DNA of 64,000 bases, from NCBI GenBank assembly GCA_038134595.1, contig JAYPVM010000007.1, positions 1-64,000 on the forward strand, written 5' to 3'. Both the position numbers and the translations under genes were made by a program. The DNA comes from Pseudomonadota bacterium (GTDB lineage Bacteria; Bdellovibrionota_C; UBA2361; OMII01). Within the stretch, counting starts at the first letter, position 1; every line of letters begins with the position of its first letter. Positions 8,582 to 19,500 of this stretch are shown here, piece by piece. A model generated the notes under the pieces. That model saw only the letters and a list, made by a program, of their open reading frames with translations, ran no database searches and was not told the origin of the DNA.

Positions 8582-9693
8582 ACCGAAACAAAAAAGCATA
8601 CCTGACACTACTTATGTTTGCCTCGCTCGGACTCTCACTCGTTTCGGCACAAACACCACCTACAACGTCAGTAGCAACACAACCGGCAAAAAGCACCTCT
8701 CTTGATATCACTGATCTTAAAATTGAGATGGCAGAGAGTGGGCTTGCTGTGAGCCGCTCACTTCCAAAAATAGCAGACCTAAGCAATGCTCTTGAAGCAT
8801 ATCTGAACCGAAACTGTTTCGGCGATCTATTGAGAACGCTAACCTACGAGGGGCCTCCAACCGATCCTACATGCATCGCGCGCATGGAACGACTCTTCGA
8901 AATATACCCCAAGAGCCCTGTTGCTCTTTGTTTGCGAGATGGAGTCTCAGCAAAAACGTGTAAGGACGCATATCAGGAACAAACGTTTGAAAAATTTTCG
9001 GACAGACTTGCAAGTAGCGGTCTCCTCGATCCGACCTTGAAAATCGGATTATCCACTAGAGACAAGACGAAGGTAAAAGCGCTTCAAGAAACCCTTGAAA
9101 ATGTGAACAAAGACTACCAAGGTGCAAAGACCGATGAAGACAAGCAACAAAATCTCGATGACGCCCTCCAGCTATACGATCAACTTCTCAGTATTACCTG
9201 TAAACTTTCAACGACACACCTTGAGGAATCGATAGCAGAAAAGGTGCGGCGGTATGAAGATCCGGCCGTTAAGGATGTGCGCACCAAACTACTTCACGTT
9301 CCCCCCGCACTGCGAGCGGAGTATCAGAAAAAGATGCTCGAAGAAGCAGAGATAGAACTCTCTAAAAGCAAGGGGGATAAGTATCGTACAGCTATAATCC
9401 TCGAAAAGATTCAAGCAATACAAAACCCACAGGAAGACAAGCTCCTGACGGCCGCTGGTGCGCTACGAAAGCGCGTTGTCCTCCCTGAATGCTATGAAAT
9501 GGTAGAACGAGCTGGTTCGATTATTCCACAATTTCCCTCCCCGACATGCCACCGCATAGGGTGGAACTCGCCACAATGTCTTGAGGCTCTTCAGGGCTGG
9601 CGTAACTACCGGATTCAAGTCCATAAGGCAGCGCATGAACGCGGACTAAGAAACGCAACGCCTACGCCAAACAATGTAATCTCATCATTCTAG
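8578..9693 (+). CDS. Exported hypothetical protein with two Cys-rich internal repeats
   Basis: Signal peptide (MNRNKKAYLTLLMFASLGLSLVSA|Q). Start overlaps the SGNH gene stop. Eight Cys in two matching sets. Confidence 0.7.
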   Translation: MNRNKKAYLTLLMFASLGLSLVSAQTPPTTSVATQPAKSTSLDITDLKIEMAESGLAVSRSLPKIADLSNALEAYLNRNCFGDLLRTLTYEGPPTDPTCIARMERLFEIYPKSPVALCLRDGVSAKTCKDAYQEQTFEKFSDRLASSGLLDPTLKIGLSTRDKTKVKALQETLENVNKDYQGAKTDEDKQQNLDDALQLYDQLLSITCKLSTTHLEESIAEKVRRYEDPAVKDVRTKLLHVPPALRAEYQKKMLEEAEIELSKSKGDKYRTAIILEKIQAIQNPQEDKLLTAAGALRKRVVLPECYEMVERAGSIIPQFPSPTCHRIGWNSPQCLEALQGWRNYRIQVHKAAHERGLRNATPTPNNVISSF

Positions 9694-9871
9694 AGCAATC
9701 ACAAAGAGACGCTCTTTGGTGTCGATTCCACAACACAAACTATTTGCATCAGCTATAAAGCTCTTCAATTAATACTATTCTCACCGCACATGAATTAACG
9801 CAGAAACTTTTGCGCCAAGCATTCGAATATCCATCTTGTAAATATGGTTTCTCTACAAAGGTGTATTTCAA

Positions 9872-10243
9872 ATGACACAATCACTTACCAATACCTCTAG
9901 AGGCTTTACACTAGTTGAATTGCTCGTAGTCATGGGCATCGTCAGTACCCTGGTTGCCATCGCGCTTCCTCGGTATGCCCAATACCGGTCGCACGCCTAC
10001 GATACGCAAGCAGAGATGGACGTCCGCTCGGTAGCGATGGCTGAGGAGGCCTACTTTCTAGTTCACGATGCGTATCTTCCTTGCGCCGATAACAATTGTA
10101 CTAATCTACCCGGCATTCAGCGCCTGTCTACAGACGTGACACTTGCTGTCACAACATCTGATACAGGATTTATAGTAACCGGCTCTCACTCCAAAGGTAG
10201 TGGCAGAACGTATACATGGGATTCAGATAAGGGCGGGCTCTAA
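9872..10243 (+). CDS. Type IV pilin / prepilin-peptidase substrate
   Basis: RG|FTLVELLVVMGIVSTLVAIALP class III signal with Glu+5. Confidence 0.9.
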   Translation: MTQSLTNTSRGFTLVELLVVMGIVSTLVAIALPRYAQYRSHAYDTQAEMDVRSVAMAEEAYFLVHDAYLPCADNNCTNLPGIQRLSTDVTLAVTTSDTGFIVTGSHSKGSGRTYTWDSDKGGL

Positions 10244-10349
10244 TCAACTCCACTGTGTCAGATAGATGAACGCAAATGATCTAGTTGTAAGCATCCCCAA
10301 ATGTAGAGAGTAAAGCACATTAGTCTAACGAACATTGCGTCGAGACCCT

Positions 10350-11357
10350 CTATTCTCTACTTCCAAAGGTCTTCTCCATCGCTTCGGCAATACTGTACGC
10401 GGGAACAAAGCCAAAATCATTCTTGGCGGCTTCAATCGAGAAGTAATGATTACTTGCCATCTCAGAAACTAAGAAACGGGTCAAAAGAGGCTTCCAAGTT
10501 TTTCCACATACACCACCCAATGATGCGATAAGTTCAAAACCTCTCGCAAGCACACTCGCAAGTGGTTTCGATATAGAACGTGTTACCGGCGATAAGTTAT
10601 GGGCATCAAGGATCTGATCGATCCATTTCCACATCACTACAGGCTCTCCTTGAGAGATAAAGTACACCTTGCCAAAGACTCGTTTGTTTCCATCTTCGAG
10701 CGCTTGCATCGCTAACAGGTGTGCTGAAACACAATCATCTATAAACGTAACATCCACTCGATTCGTCCCATCTCCTACTCGGGTAAGCCGTCCGGCTTTT
10801 GCGCGCTCTACAACTGTCGGAATTAGATTTGTGTCGTCGGGGCCCCAGATAAGATGTGGTCGAAGTGATACTGTCTTAAGCGCTGTATCACTATTTGCCT
10901 CTCGAACCATCTGCTCAGCAAGTGCCTTGGTGTGGGGATACGGCGCATGAAAGTGCTTGGGATAAGGATATGACTCATCAATTTCACGAAGGTCATTGCC
11001 ATCGTGAATAACGCTCGGAGAACTAGTAAAGACAAAGTTCTGTACACCATGGCGCACACAGGCATCGAGCAAGTGTTTTGTTCCTTGCACGTTTGTGCGG
11101 TAAAAGTCAGCAAACTTTCCCCACATATCTACTTTTGCCGCTGTGTGAAAAACACCGGTCACTCCCTCACATACATGTTGCCATGCTGTGCTATCAGCAC
11201 CGATATCTATCTGATGTTGTTCTACGCCCAATTGAGCAAGGTCTGCATAATGCCCTCTGGAGATGCTGACAACTGCGTGTCCTTGGGCATGCAGGGCCTT
11301 GATTATCGCCTTGCCGACAAATCCTCCGCCTCCGGTTACGATGTATCGCTTACTCAT
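10350..11357 (-). CDS. oleD: OleD, 2-alkyl-3-oxoalkanoate reductase (3-beta-HSD-type SDR)
   Basis: TGGGGFVG, FHTAAKV, FTSSPSV, YPHTK (YxxxK), LRPHLIWGP. Last gene of the ole operon. Confidence 0.85.
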   Translation of the reverse strand: MSKRYIVTGGGGFVGKAIIKALHAQGHAVVSISRGHYADLAQLGVEQHQIDIGADSTAWQHVCEGVTGVFHTAAKVDMWGKFADFYRTNVQGTKHLLDACVRHGVQNFVFTSSPSVIHDGNDLREIDESYPYPKHFHAPYPHTKALAEQMVREANSDTALKTVSLRPHLIWGPDDTNLIPTVVERAKAGRLTRVGDGTNRVDVTFIDDCVSAHLLAMQALEDGNKRVFGKVYFISQGEPVVMWKWIDQILDAHNLSPVTRSISKPLASVLARGFELIASLGGVCGKTWKPLLTRFLVSEMASNHYFSIEAAKNDFGFVPAYSIAEAMEKTFGSRE

Positions 11358-11375
11358 GGAACTCAACCAATGACA

Positions 11376-14009
11376 CTATGCGGCTTTTTGCTCCGTCAAA
11401 GTCTTTTCTGCCCATTCCTGAAGCTGCTCTCGGAATATCTTAGCGTTGTGTCTTCCGTCTACTGGAAACGATCGATGAAAAAAGAACTTCGTAATACTTT
11501 TTGTCAGTGGATTCTGCTCTGCTATCAGACGCAGTTCCTTAGAGAAGACCTGCTCTTGCTCTACCGTTTCTGGCCAAAATTCTGGCAACGGTTCAACTAC
11601 AATAGCTGGCTCCTTGCCACCAGCTATACCAACGAGCGCCGTTCTCCGAACTTTGCTGTGCGCATTGAAAATCTCCTCGAGTGGCACACTATGAAACGCT
11701 CGCTCTGCTGTATAAACAGAGTGGCTTTTACGTCCGCAATAATACAGATTCCCCTCGGTATCGAGATATCCTAAATCACCCATTCGATGCCAAAAACCTG
11801 CGCCGTCTTGAATCTTCCCTAACCTGTTGGCATCTTCACGGCCAAAATACTCTGGGCTGCAATTATCGCCCTGTACAATTACTTCTCCGATGGTGTTGCG
11901 AGGAAGTAGGTGCGCTTTCTCTATCGATGGTATTTCATCAAGGGAACTTTTAATAATCTCGACGTTTACTCCCCGTATTGGTCGTCCTACAAGAGTACCC
12001 TGCTCTCCTGTCTCAGCTTTTTGTAGCGGCGTTGCAACAAGTTCATCTGCTGTAATGTATGTGACAGGCAGTGCCTCGGTCGCTCCATAAGGCGTTGATA
12101 TAGTGGCATTCGGCACCACTCCCTTAACCCGATTAATTGTTTGTGCTGACACCGCAGCACCCGCAGTAAAAACTCGCTTGATTGTCGGAAGCGTTATGCC
12201 GGTTCTAAACGCATACTCAGCTATCTTGTTCCACAGCGTAGGTGACCCAAACGAACTTTCGATTCCCAAATCACTTACAAGTTTTACAACCTGCGAAGCA
12301 TCTAGTGCCAACGGCTTACCCACAGGGAGATCCGGAAACACACTAGCTACGCCAAGGGCCACATTAAATAGCGAAAAGATCGGCAACAATGTAAGGTCTC
12401 GAGCGCCACTTCGTTGCCCGAGTGTGTCTCTAATTGCAAGTAATTGCGCAGCTAACATTTCATTAGTAAGCACAACACATTTCGGCGTTCCAGTTGCTCC
12501 GGAGGTGCACGCTATTAAGGCGGAATTGTGCGCTCGAATACCCCCGTCTTGCTGATGCACGGGGAGTGGTATCGGCTGCAATGGGGCATTGGCAAACCGT
12601 TTAAAGTGGCCTAAAGACTTGCCCCTAGAAAAAGCCCACTCTGCTGCAACAACATAGAATTTCAAACGGCTAAAGAGACTCCGACGTAAGTACCGCAAAA
12701 GATGGGCCTTGGGAGAGCCTATGAATGCATGGGGAGCTGCGTCTTTGATGCACTGAGAGAGCTTTTCAATTCCAATTCCTGGATCGACAAAAACCGGCGT
12801 TGCACCACGGCCAGCTACAGCAATACTCAACGCAAGAAAATCAGCCCCTGGAGTAACGAGCATCAACACCCTGTCGCCCGGGGCTAGCCCCGCATCCGTC
12901 AATCCCCGTTGGTATTGATTGATAAGTTTCGCTAAATCTCCATACGTTGTGTGCGCGTAATGTAGCGCACTCCCATTTATGGGGTCTCGTACCCAGCGAG
13001 GTGTAATGACGGCTGAAAGCGTTGGCTGCTCTTCTGCCAATCGCATCACTTGGTCATAGATAACGTGTATCGTTCCCTCTTCTCGTGGCTCGGGCGTCTT
13101 TGGCTCAGAGGCAGAAGTCAGGTCAGTAGCTCTCTCTAAGAATTCCTTAATCGCTGGGATAGCTACTCGTGGAGCATCATCAAGAACTAAGTGTGACGCA
13201 TCAGATATCTCGAGTATCTCAGCATGCGGAAAATGTGCGGCAACTTTACTGAGCATCTCGCGGTGAAAACATGGGTCCTTAAGACCCCAAATAATCTTCA
13301 CAGGCTTTGTGGCAAAGCGAGGCAATCCCGCCGCAATATCCACCATCTGTGAGTACGTTGGATGCGTCGCATCAAAAGGAATATCAACAACAAAATCCCA
13401 AATAGCATCTCTACGCTGTCGTGTCGTATAGGGAGCAAGATAGCCTTCCTTTATGTCGGGACTTAACCGGGTATAGGCTCCCATGGATGTCGTAAGTCGG
13501 ACAAAACCTGCGGTATGTCTCGTCAGAAGCTTTCCTACAAACGGACTAGCCGCAAGCTTAATAACCGGTGGCAAGCTCTCTGTCTCTGTCAGAGTGGTAT
13601 TGAGATAGATAACTTTTTCTACGGCATCGAGCCTGCGCAACATGAAGCCGGTTCCAAGGGGGCCTCCCCAATCGTGCATGAGTACTGAATACGATGTTAA
13701 TCCGAGCGCATCAACGAACTCCTCTAGCTGGTTAATTCTGTCCACGGCCTTGTAACGCACACCCGGCGTTCGATCTGAAAGCCCGCAACCTAAAAAATCA
13801 GGTGCTATTAAACGAAACGAGCCGCGAAGCTCTCGAATAACATTGCGATACAGAAAACTCCATGTTGGATTACCATGGAGCATTAAAACTACCGGCCCTT
13901 CACCCTCATCAATATAGTGCATCCGGTGTCCTGTAACCGAAACGAAGCGGGATTGGAAAGGAAGTAATTGTGCGGTCAAAGATCCCCCTGAAACAGATTT
14001 ACCACTCAA
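11376..14009 (-). CDS. oleBC: OleBC fusion: alpha/beta-hydrolase beta-lactone decarboxylase plus AMP-dependent beta-lactone synthetase
   Basis: N-terminal HGNPTWS, HDWGG, WGLKDPCF. C-terminal TSGATGTPK, TPYGATEALP, WHRMGDLGYLD, CGRKSH, FPVDGRHNAKI (OleC-typical). Confidence 0.88.
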   Translation of the reverse strand: MSGKSVSGGSLTAQLLPFQSRFVSVTGHRMHYIDEGEGPVVLMLHGNPTWSFLYRNVIRELRGSFRLIAPDFLGCGLSDRTPGVRYKAVDRINQLEEFVDALGLTSYSVLMHDWGGPLGTGFMLRRLDAVEKVIYLNTTLTETESLPPVIKLAASPFVGKLLTRHTAGFVRLTTSMGAYTRLSPDIKEGYLAPYTTRQRRDAIWDFVVDIPFDATHPTYSQMVDIAAGLPRFATKPVKIIWGLKDPCFHREMLSKVAAHFPHAEILEISDASHLVLDDAPRVAIPAIKEFLERATDLTSASEPKTPEPREEGTIHVIYDQVMRLAEEQPTLSAVITPRWVRDPINGSALHYAHTTYGDLAKLINQYQRGLTDAGLAPGDRVLMLVTPGADFLALSIAVAGRGATPVFVDPGIGIEKLSQCIKDAAPHAFIGSPKAHLLRYLRRSLFSRLKFYVVAAEWAFSRGKSLGHFKRFANAPLQPIPLPVHQQDGGIRAHNSALIACTSGATGTPKCVVLTNEMLAAQLLAIRDTLGQRSGARDLTLLPIFSLFNVALGVASVFPDLPVGKPLALDASQVVKLVSDLGIESSFGSPTLWNKIAEYAFRTGITLPTIKRVFTAGAAVSAQTINRVKGVVPNATISTPYGATEALPVTYITADELVATPLQKAETGEQGTLVGRPIRGVNVEIIKSSLDEIPSIEKAHLLPRNTIGEVIVQGDNCSPEYFGREDANRLGKIQDGAGFWHRMGDLGYLDTEGNLYYCGRKSHSVYTAERAFHSVPLEEIFNAHSKVRRTALVGIAGGKEPAIVVEPLPEFWPETVEQEQVFSKELRLIAEQNPLTKSITKFFFHRSFPVDGRHNAKIFREQLQEWAEKTLTEQKAA

Positions 14010-15060
14010 TACCTAAAAACAGCGAATTAAGACCTGAGCCAAATCCTGTCAAAACAATCTTATCGTCTTTATTAACGGTACGCTCCTCTAGTCCAACGGC
14101 AAACGCTGTCGGCAGAGCCGCTGAAACAAGATTTCCCCGCGTTGGATAGATTATAAACTCCTTGGTGTGATCGAGGCCAAGCGTGTTGTAGAACGCCTCG
14201 TTTACTTGCTTGCCAACCTGATGACAAAATACGTGGTCAACAGATTCTTTGTTCCAGCCAAGAACCTCGGATGCATCGCTCCACGTCTGTTTTCCAAGGA
14301 CTGCGGCAGCAGCGATAAGCTTCGAAGATTCGGTCTCCATAACCGGTCCCAACGGGGGGCCGTCTACAAGGTGATAATCCACATTACCCACGCAGAGATC
14401 GCTGTGCTGGGTTGCAGAACGGGTTGCGCCTCCGACGATACGATGTTTTTTCTTTGAGATACTTTCGTGGCACAAAACGTACGCAACCGCCCCCGAGCCA
14501 ATGGTGAACGTTGGAAGCATTCTGAGTAATTGATCTCTTGAAAGACCTTTTCCCTCTAGAACATTTTTAAATGTCGTGTCCACTATGATCCGCGTGTGCT
14601 CGGCAGAAACCACTACTCCCGCTTTCACAGTTCCGTTTTCAATCAGGTTGCTTAAGAAAAAGATTCCATCCATGAATCCCAAGCAAGCATTGCTTACATC
14701 CAGTGCTATCGAATCCTCTGGAAGACCTAGATTGTTATGAATCAAGCAACCAGTCGCAGGTTCAAAGTAATCTCGCGTGACAGAGCAACTAAAAAGCGCT
14801 CGAATATCTTGCTTATCAAAGCCTGACTTCTCGATAGCCTCTCTTGCGACTTCTGTACCAAGCGCACTTGGGCGCTCCTTAATATCCCAAAAGTACCGAG
14901 TCTGGATGCCCGTTAATCGCTCCAAGGTTCCAAAAGGCAAACCTAAATCCTTGTATACATGACTAAGCCTGTCCTCTATCTCATCAGAGGTAAGCAGTTG
15001 TGGCGGAACCGTAATCGCGCACGACTCCAAGCAAACGTTATTATATCGAAAGGCGACCAT
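13999..15060 (-). CDS. oleA: OleA, acyl-CoA:acyl-CoA alkyltransferase (thiolase/FabH-like)
   Basis: FEPATG (OleA Glu), NACLGF (Cys), HQVG (His), GN, GFGSGLN. Overlaps the oleBC start. Confidence 0.88.
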   Translation of the reverse strand: MVAFRYNNVCLESCAITVPPQLLTSDEIEDRLSHVYKDLGLPFGTLERLTGIQTRYFWDIKERPSALGTEVAREAIEKSGFDKQDIRALFSCSVTRDYFEPATGCLIHNNLGLPEDSIALDVSNACLGFMDGIFFLSNLIENGTVKAGVVVSAEHTRIIVDTTFKNVLEGKGLSRDQLLRMLPTFTIGSGAVAYVLCHESISKKKHRIVGGATRSATQHSDLCVGNVDYHLVDGPPLGPVMETESSKLIAAAAVLGKQTWSDASEVLGWNKESVDHVFCHQVGKQVNEAFYNTLGLDHTKEFIIYPTRGNLVSAALPTAFAVGLEERTVNKDDKIVLTGFGSGLNSLFLGIEW

Positions 15061-15454
15061 AGATTACTAAACCTCTTTGAACATCCACACACACTCTCTT
15101 TCGTGCCCTCACATGGGCACTCCTCCCCTAACAATGAAGGGGCCATAGCGGTCACAACAGGGTGCACTCTTTTTGGGGAGCTTTACATGTAGGCTGTGAG
15201 ATACCATATCCACACGGGTGTTACAAACATTCTGCAGGGATTTTGCCGCGCCCAATCAAAGGGCACAGGAGCCATCGAACCGTTGTCTGGCTACGGTTGC
15301 AGCATGCTTGCATGATCGATACCTACAAGGCTTGAAAAGAGCCTTCTGAGTGACGATATGATGCCTGTAGCGCGTGGTAAGTGGGGCTAACAGGCTCGCC
15401 AATCTAACAACTAATTCAGATAGTTAGTGACTCTCAGGAGTGTTTTCTACAGAT

Positions 15455-15494
15455 AAAAAGCCCTCCCGACAGCGAAAACACCATCGAGAGGGCC
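15455..15494 (-). terminator. Rho-independent terminator of the 15523..15918 gene
   Basis: The minus-strand RNA GGCCCUCUCGAUGGUG-UUUU-CGCUGUCGGGAGGGCU-UUUU forms 16 contiguous pairs, including G-U pairs that work only on this strand. Confidence 0.8.
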
Positions 15495-15522
15495 GTTTCT
15501 ACACATCACACGTAGTACTCAC

Positions 15523-15918
15523 CTATCCCAGTAAACGCTGAATATGCGCTCTAGACATATTGTCTTGATGAGCTGTGCTTGCCTCACAAGCATTGTCAGC
15601 TACTCGAATAGAGAGTTCTTCCGCTAGCTCTGCGGCTAATTCCACCTCGCAGATTTGGGCGCCTGCAGAGGCATGATTGGCAAATCCCACCTCTTCAAAC
15701 TCACCACAGGACGCTAATACAAAGCCAGTATCCCTCAGAGATACTATCGACTCCTGCAAACCCCGAAGGATGAAATCAAAACACTCATCCTTGCCTATCT
15801 CTTCTGTAGTGGGACCCCGAATATCTCGTAATCCAATAGATGTTTTAGGGACTATCCCTGCAGCCAACTGACTGAAAGCACTACCTCTTCCTTGATCGCG
15901 ATTCTTACCTCTTTTCAT
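15523..15918 (-). CDS. Small protein resembling an isolated flagellin C-terminal helical domain
   Basis: AGAGG RBS and its own terminator. The C-terminus NHASAGAQICEVELAAELAEELSIRVADNACEASTAHQDNMSRAHIQRLLG parallels the flagellin end (N-x-x-AA-x-S-x-I-x-D-x-D-x-A-x-E...AN...LL). Confidence 0.5.
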   Translation of the reverse strand: MKRGKNRDQGRGSAFSQLAAGIVPKTSIGLRDIRGPTTEEIGKDECFDFILRGLQESIVSLRDTGFVLASCGEFEEVGFANHASAGAQICEVELAAELAEELSIRVADNACEASTAHQDNMSRAHIQRLLG

Positions 15919-16260
15919 GGCACAACCTCTCTACCATTTCGAATCACGCTCCCACAGTATAGCCTCCTTGCCGACCAGTGATCGCGGAATCATTCCTTAG
16001 CAGACTTTTCAATTCATGGAGTGCAAACTGCAATGAGCATCACACACCCACCACTTGGCCCATGCCTACCACCTCCTTGTAGTAGCCAAACCAAAAATGC
16101 CACAGATTCCGAAAAACAGCGCCCTTCCCTCCGTTGTCTCTCTGCTACTGCTTATCTCCTCTGCTACATATTGACTCGTCCTGCTACAATGGAATTCGGC
16201 TCTGAAGGGAATTTCTAAACGGATGGGAGCTAAAATCATAAAAAAACAGGGCTTCTACTG

Positions 16261-16273
16261 TAAGCACCTGATA
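16261..16273 (-). promoter_or_regulatory. IHF-type binding site
   Basis: Minus strand TATCAGGTGCTTA is an exact WATCAR-N4-TTR match, in the divergent intergenic region upstream of gdh. Confidence 0.4.
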
Positions 16274-16513
16274 CAAATCACTGTTTTAGATTCAGTGCTG
16301 TAAAATTTATTTCAACTCTCGGTGCTTGCAACAAGTAATGGGCGTATACTGAAAGACAGGTGACGTAATGGGGTTGAAGATAGTAGAAGGTAATACTTCA
16401 GTAAAAAATCAACCAATACGACCTCTTACTATGATGAGACTTGATGGAAGTAGGCAACAAGAGCTTTTCAAAGTGATTGAGACCGCACACTGTAACAAAC
16501 TGGTTATTTCATC

Positions 16514-19500
16514 GTGATTATGCCCTTACGTTCAAGACTATTCACGGAGCAATTTGTGGCCTCGGTTTTACAGGGCCTTGCAGATGCCGATCTCATAACA
16601 CTACGAAAGATTGATTGTGAAAATGCATCCTCTGACAACGAACGCCTTACGCAACTCCTCAGCTCTCTGTTTGCGAGAGCGCCTCAGCGAGCCCTTAAAA
16701 CTATCAACACCACACAGTGCGTCTCAATTGTTTCGGGATGCCTTGCTACCCTTCGAGACCACGACGCTACGCCCCATGAGGTTGCTTGTAATATATATTC
16801 CGAACCCCATTGGTGTGGTCTCTTCTTAGCGGTTGCCGATCGCCCATTTTTGGTAAGTTCGATAGCCGAATGTCTTTACGAACAAAAAATCTCGCTCCAT
16901 GCATTTCAACATCCGATAGTTTCCTACCGTGGTCACTTAGTAGCAGTTTCATACATCGAAATCGCCTCGCGCTCTCGGGCCAACATCTCTGATAAGCTTC
17001 CCATCCTGTGCGATACTATCAACGCACTCTCAAAGGTAGTTAACGATCATCCCTCAATGATTTCCTGTATAGAAGAGCACTTCTCAATCTCTTCAAATGC
17101 TTCTGCCCCCACGCGATGGGGTAATAACTCCAGTGAAGACATCTCTGATTTTGCTGCGTGGCTCACATCGGGAACCTTTTTCTTCTTAGGCACTCACGTC
17201 TGGAATTCTCAGGGCGAAACAACGCAAGCCTACGGACTCTTGCAAAGTAACGGCGATTACAAAAAATCGCTCTGTTCCTACATGCTTGAAGATCTAGAAT
17301 GGCAAAAAAACATCGATATTTATTTTTCGATACACAAACTGCCGATGCGTTCTATCGTTCATCGCAGAGCTCCGGTTATTCACATTGCTCTTCGAAAAAA
17401 AGATCCCTCGAATTCCGTAGTCTCCGTCATAGGCTATTTTACCTCCAAGGCGTGGGCGTGCGAGGCGGAGGATATTCCACTCCTCAATCGCAAAGTTGAG
17501 TATATTTTGCAGAGTGAGCACACCCCCCCCAATTCACACGACTACAAATACGTTCGAGAGGTTCTTGACAATATCCCTCTAGACGATGCCCTTCGGCTTC
17601 CTGTAGAGCATTTGCGAGCTATCGGACATACGGCTCTTGGCCTTTTTTCAGAGGAAGACACTCGAACCAACGTATCGATCGACACGCAACGTCGCTGGGC
17701 GCTAACAACACTGATATTTGCACCCGAAAAATATAGCGCTGAAATACAATCTGACATTCAAACTATTGTCGAGTCTCATTTTGGAGCTCCAATCCACAGT
17801 AGCGAAGTAAATCTGGATACAAGCAAAAAAAGGCAAATTCGTCTCTATATCAGCACTCCTCTCCCATCTCCTCCAATTAATCTAGACAACGTAGATGCTT
17901 TAGAGCAGCGTGTTCATAACGCCACACTGGATTGGGAGGAAAAGCTCGCCGAAGATCCTGAGACCGCCTTCGATCCGCTACAGACTTCGTTTTCCGACCC
18001 ATATCAAGCGGCAGTCTCAATTGAGGAAGCGGCTCATGACTACCAAAGTATTGCTCTATTAAATACTGCCAGCCCTCTTCATACCACCCTCTTCTCCTCC
18101 ACCGAAGAACCAACAACACCGACTCTTACCTGCGTTTCGCTAAATGAATCTGTATCTCTGACCACAACGATACCAATACTAGAAAACTTCGGACTAGAGG
18201 TGCTTGACGCCAATTCATACGAGGTGCGTCACAACGGACAAGACCTTGACATCGTCAAATTTGTAGTCCAGCTACAAGACTCCCAACCATTTGACATCAC
18301 ATCCTTTAACGAATTGGTGTGCCCAACTCTTACAAAGATTTTACTGCGAAAGGCAATTGACGATCCGCTCAATGTTTTAGTTATCACAACCCGCCTAACC
18401 AGCAGCCAAGTAAATGTGCTTCGTTGTTTTTGCGCTCTCCTATGGCAAACGTACAAGATTGCAACCAAACGAACTATGTTTTTAGCACTCGCAACAAATC
18501 CCATCTTTGCGAAGCGATTTATCGAGGCATTTCATACCAGATTCGACCCAGACAAGGTTCTCACCATAGACGAAAGAGCCTCACAAGCATCCGAGATTGA
18601 AAATGCTGCTCTGGGGATACTCCAGAATGTTTCCAATATATCACATGATCGGATTCTTCGCGCGCTCATCGATCTTCTGCGCAATACCGTTCGAACCTCA
18701 TTCTTCCAGAGACAAGAGACTATAACGTTAAAGCTGGCGAGTCAGAACGTACAATCCATGCCTTCCCCCCGCCCACTCTATGAGCTCTTTGTGTTCTCAA
18801 GTCGAATCGAGGGCACACATCTCCGGAGCGCAAAAGTCGCTCGCGGCGGCATTCGTTGGAGTGAGCGACTTGACGATTATCGCTCTGAAGTATTAGGTCT
18901 GATGAAAACCCAGCGGGTCAAAAACGTCATCATTGTACCAAACGGCGCCAAGGGCGGATTTATACTTAAACGAACATCGCAATCAGGAGCGATTACGCCT
19001 AAAGATGTCGAACTTGGTTATCGTGAGTACATCACGGCGCTACTATCTGTCACCGACAATATATATAATGACGAAACGATTCACCCTGCCAATACCATCA
19101 TACACGACGAACCAGATCCCTACCTCGTTGTAGCGGCAGACAAGGGCACTGCTACCTTTAGCGATATCGCTAACGACATCGCCGTCAACAACTTTCATTT
19201 CTGGCTAGGCGACGCATTTGCATCCGGAGGGAGTGCGGGATATGATCACAAAAAATACGGCATAACCGCAAAAGGAGCCTGGCAGTGTGTCAACCGTCAC
19301 GCCAAAGACGCAGGAATCAACTTGGAACAACCTTTCTCCACCGTGGGGATTGGCGACATGTCGGGCGACGTCTTTGGCAATGGTATGCTTGTTTCTAAAC
19401 ACCTGGTACTCGTCGGGGCATTTAATCACAAACATATTTTTGTTGATCCAAATCCCGATCCAATGCGTGCCTACACTGAGCGACAGCGACTTTTCTCTCT

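Noticed and set aside
11004..11774. 256-aa plus-strand ORF and similar antisense ORFs (e.g. 33136..33735, 21605..22123, 29974..30405)
   Set aside because: Shadow frames overlapping well-supported genes on the opposite strand, with no motifs.
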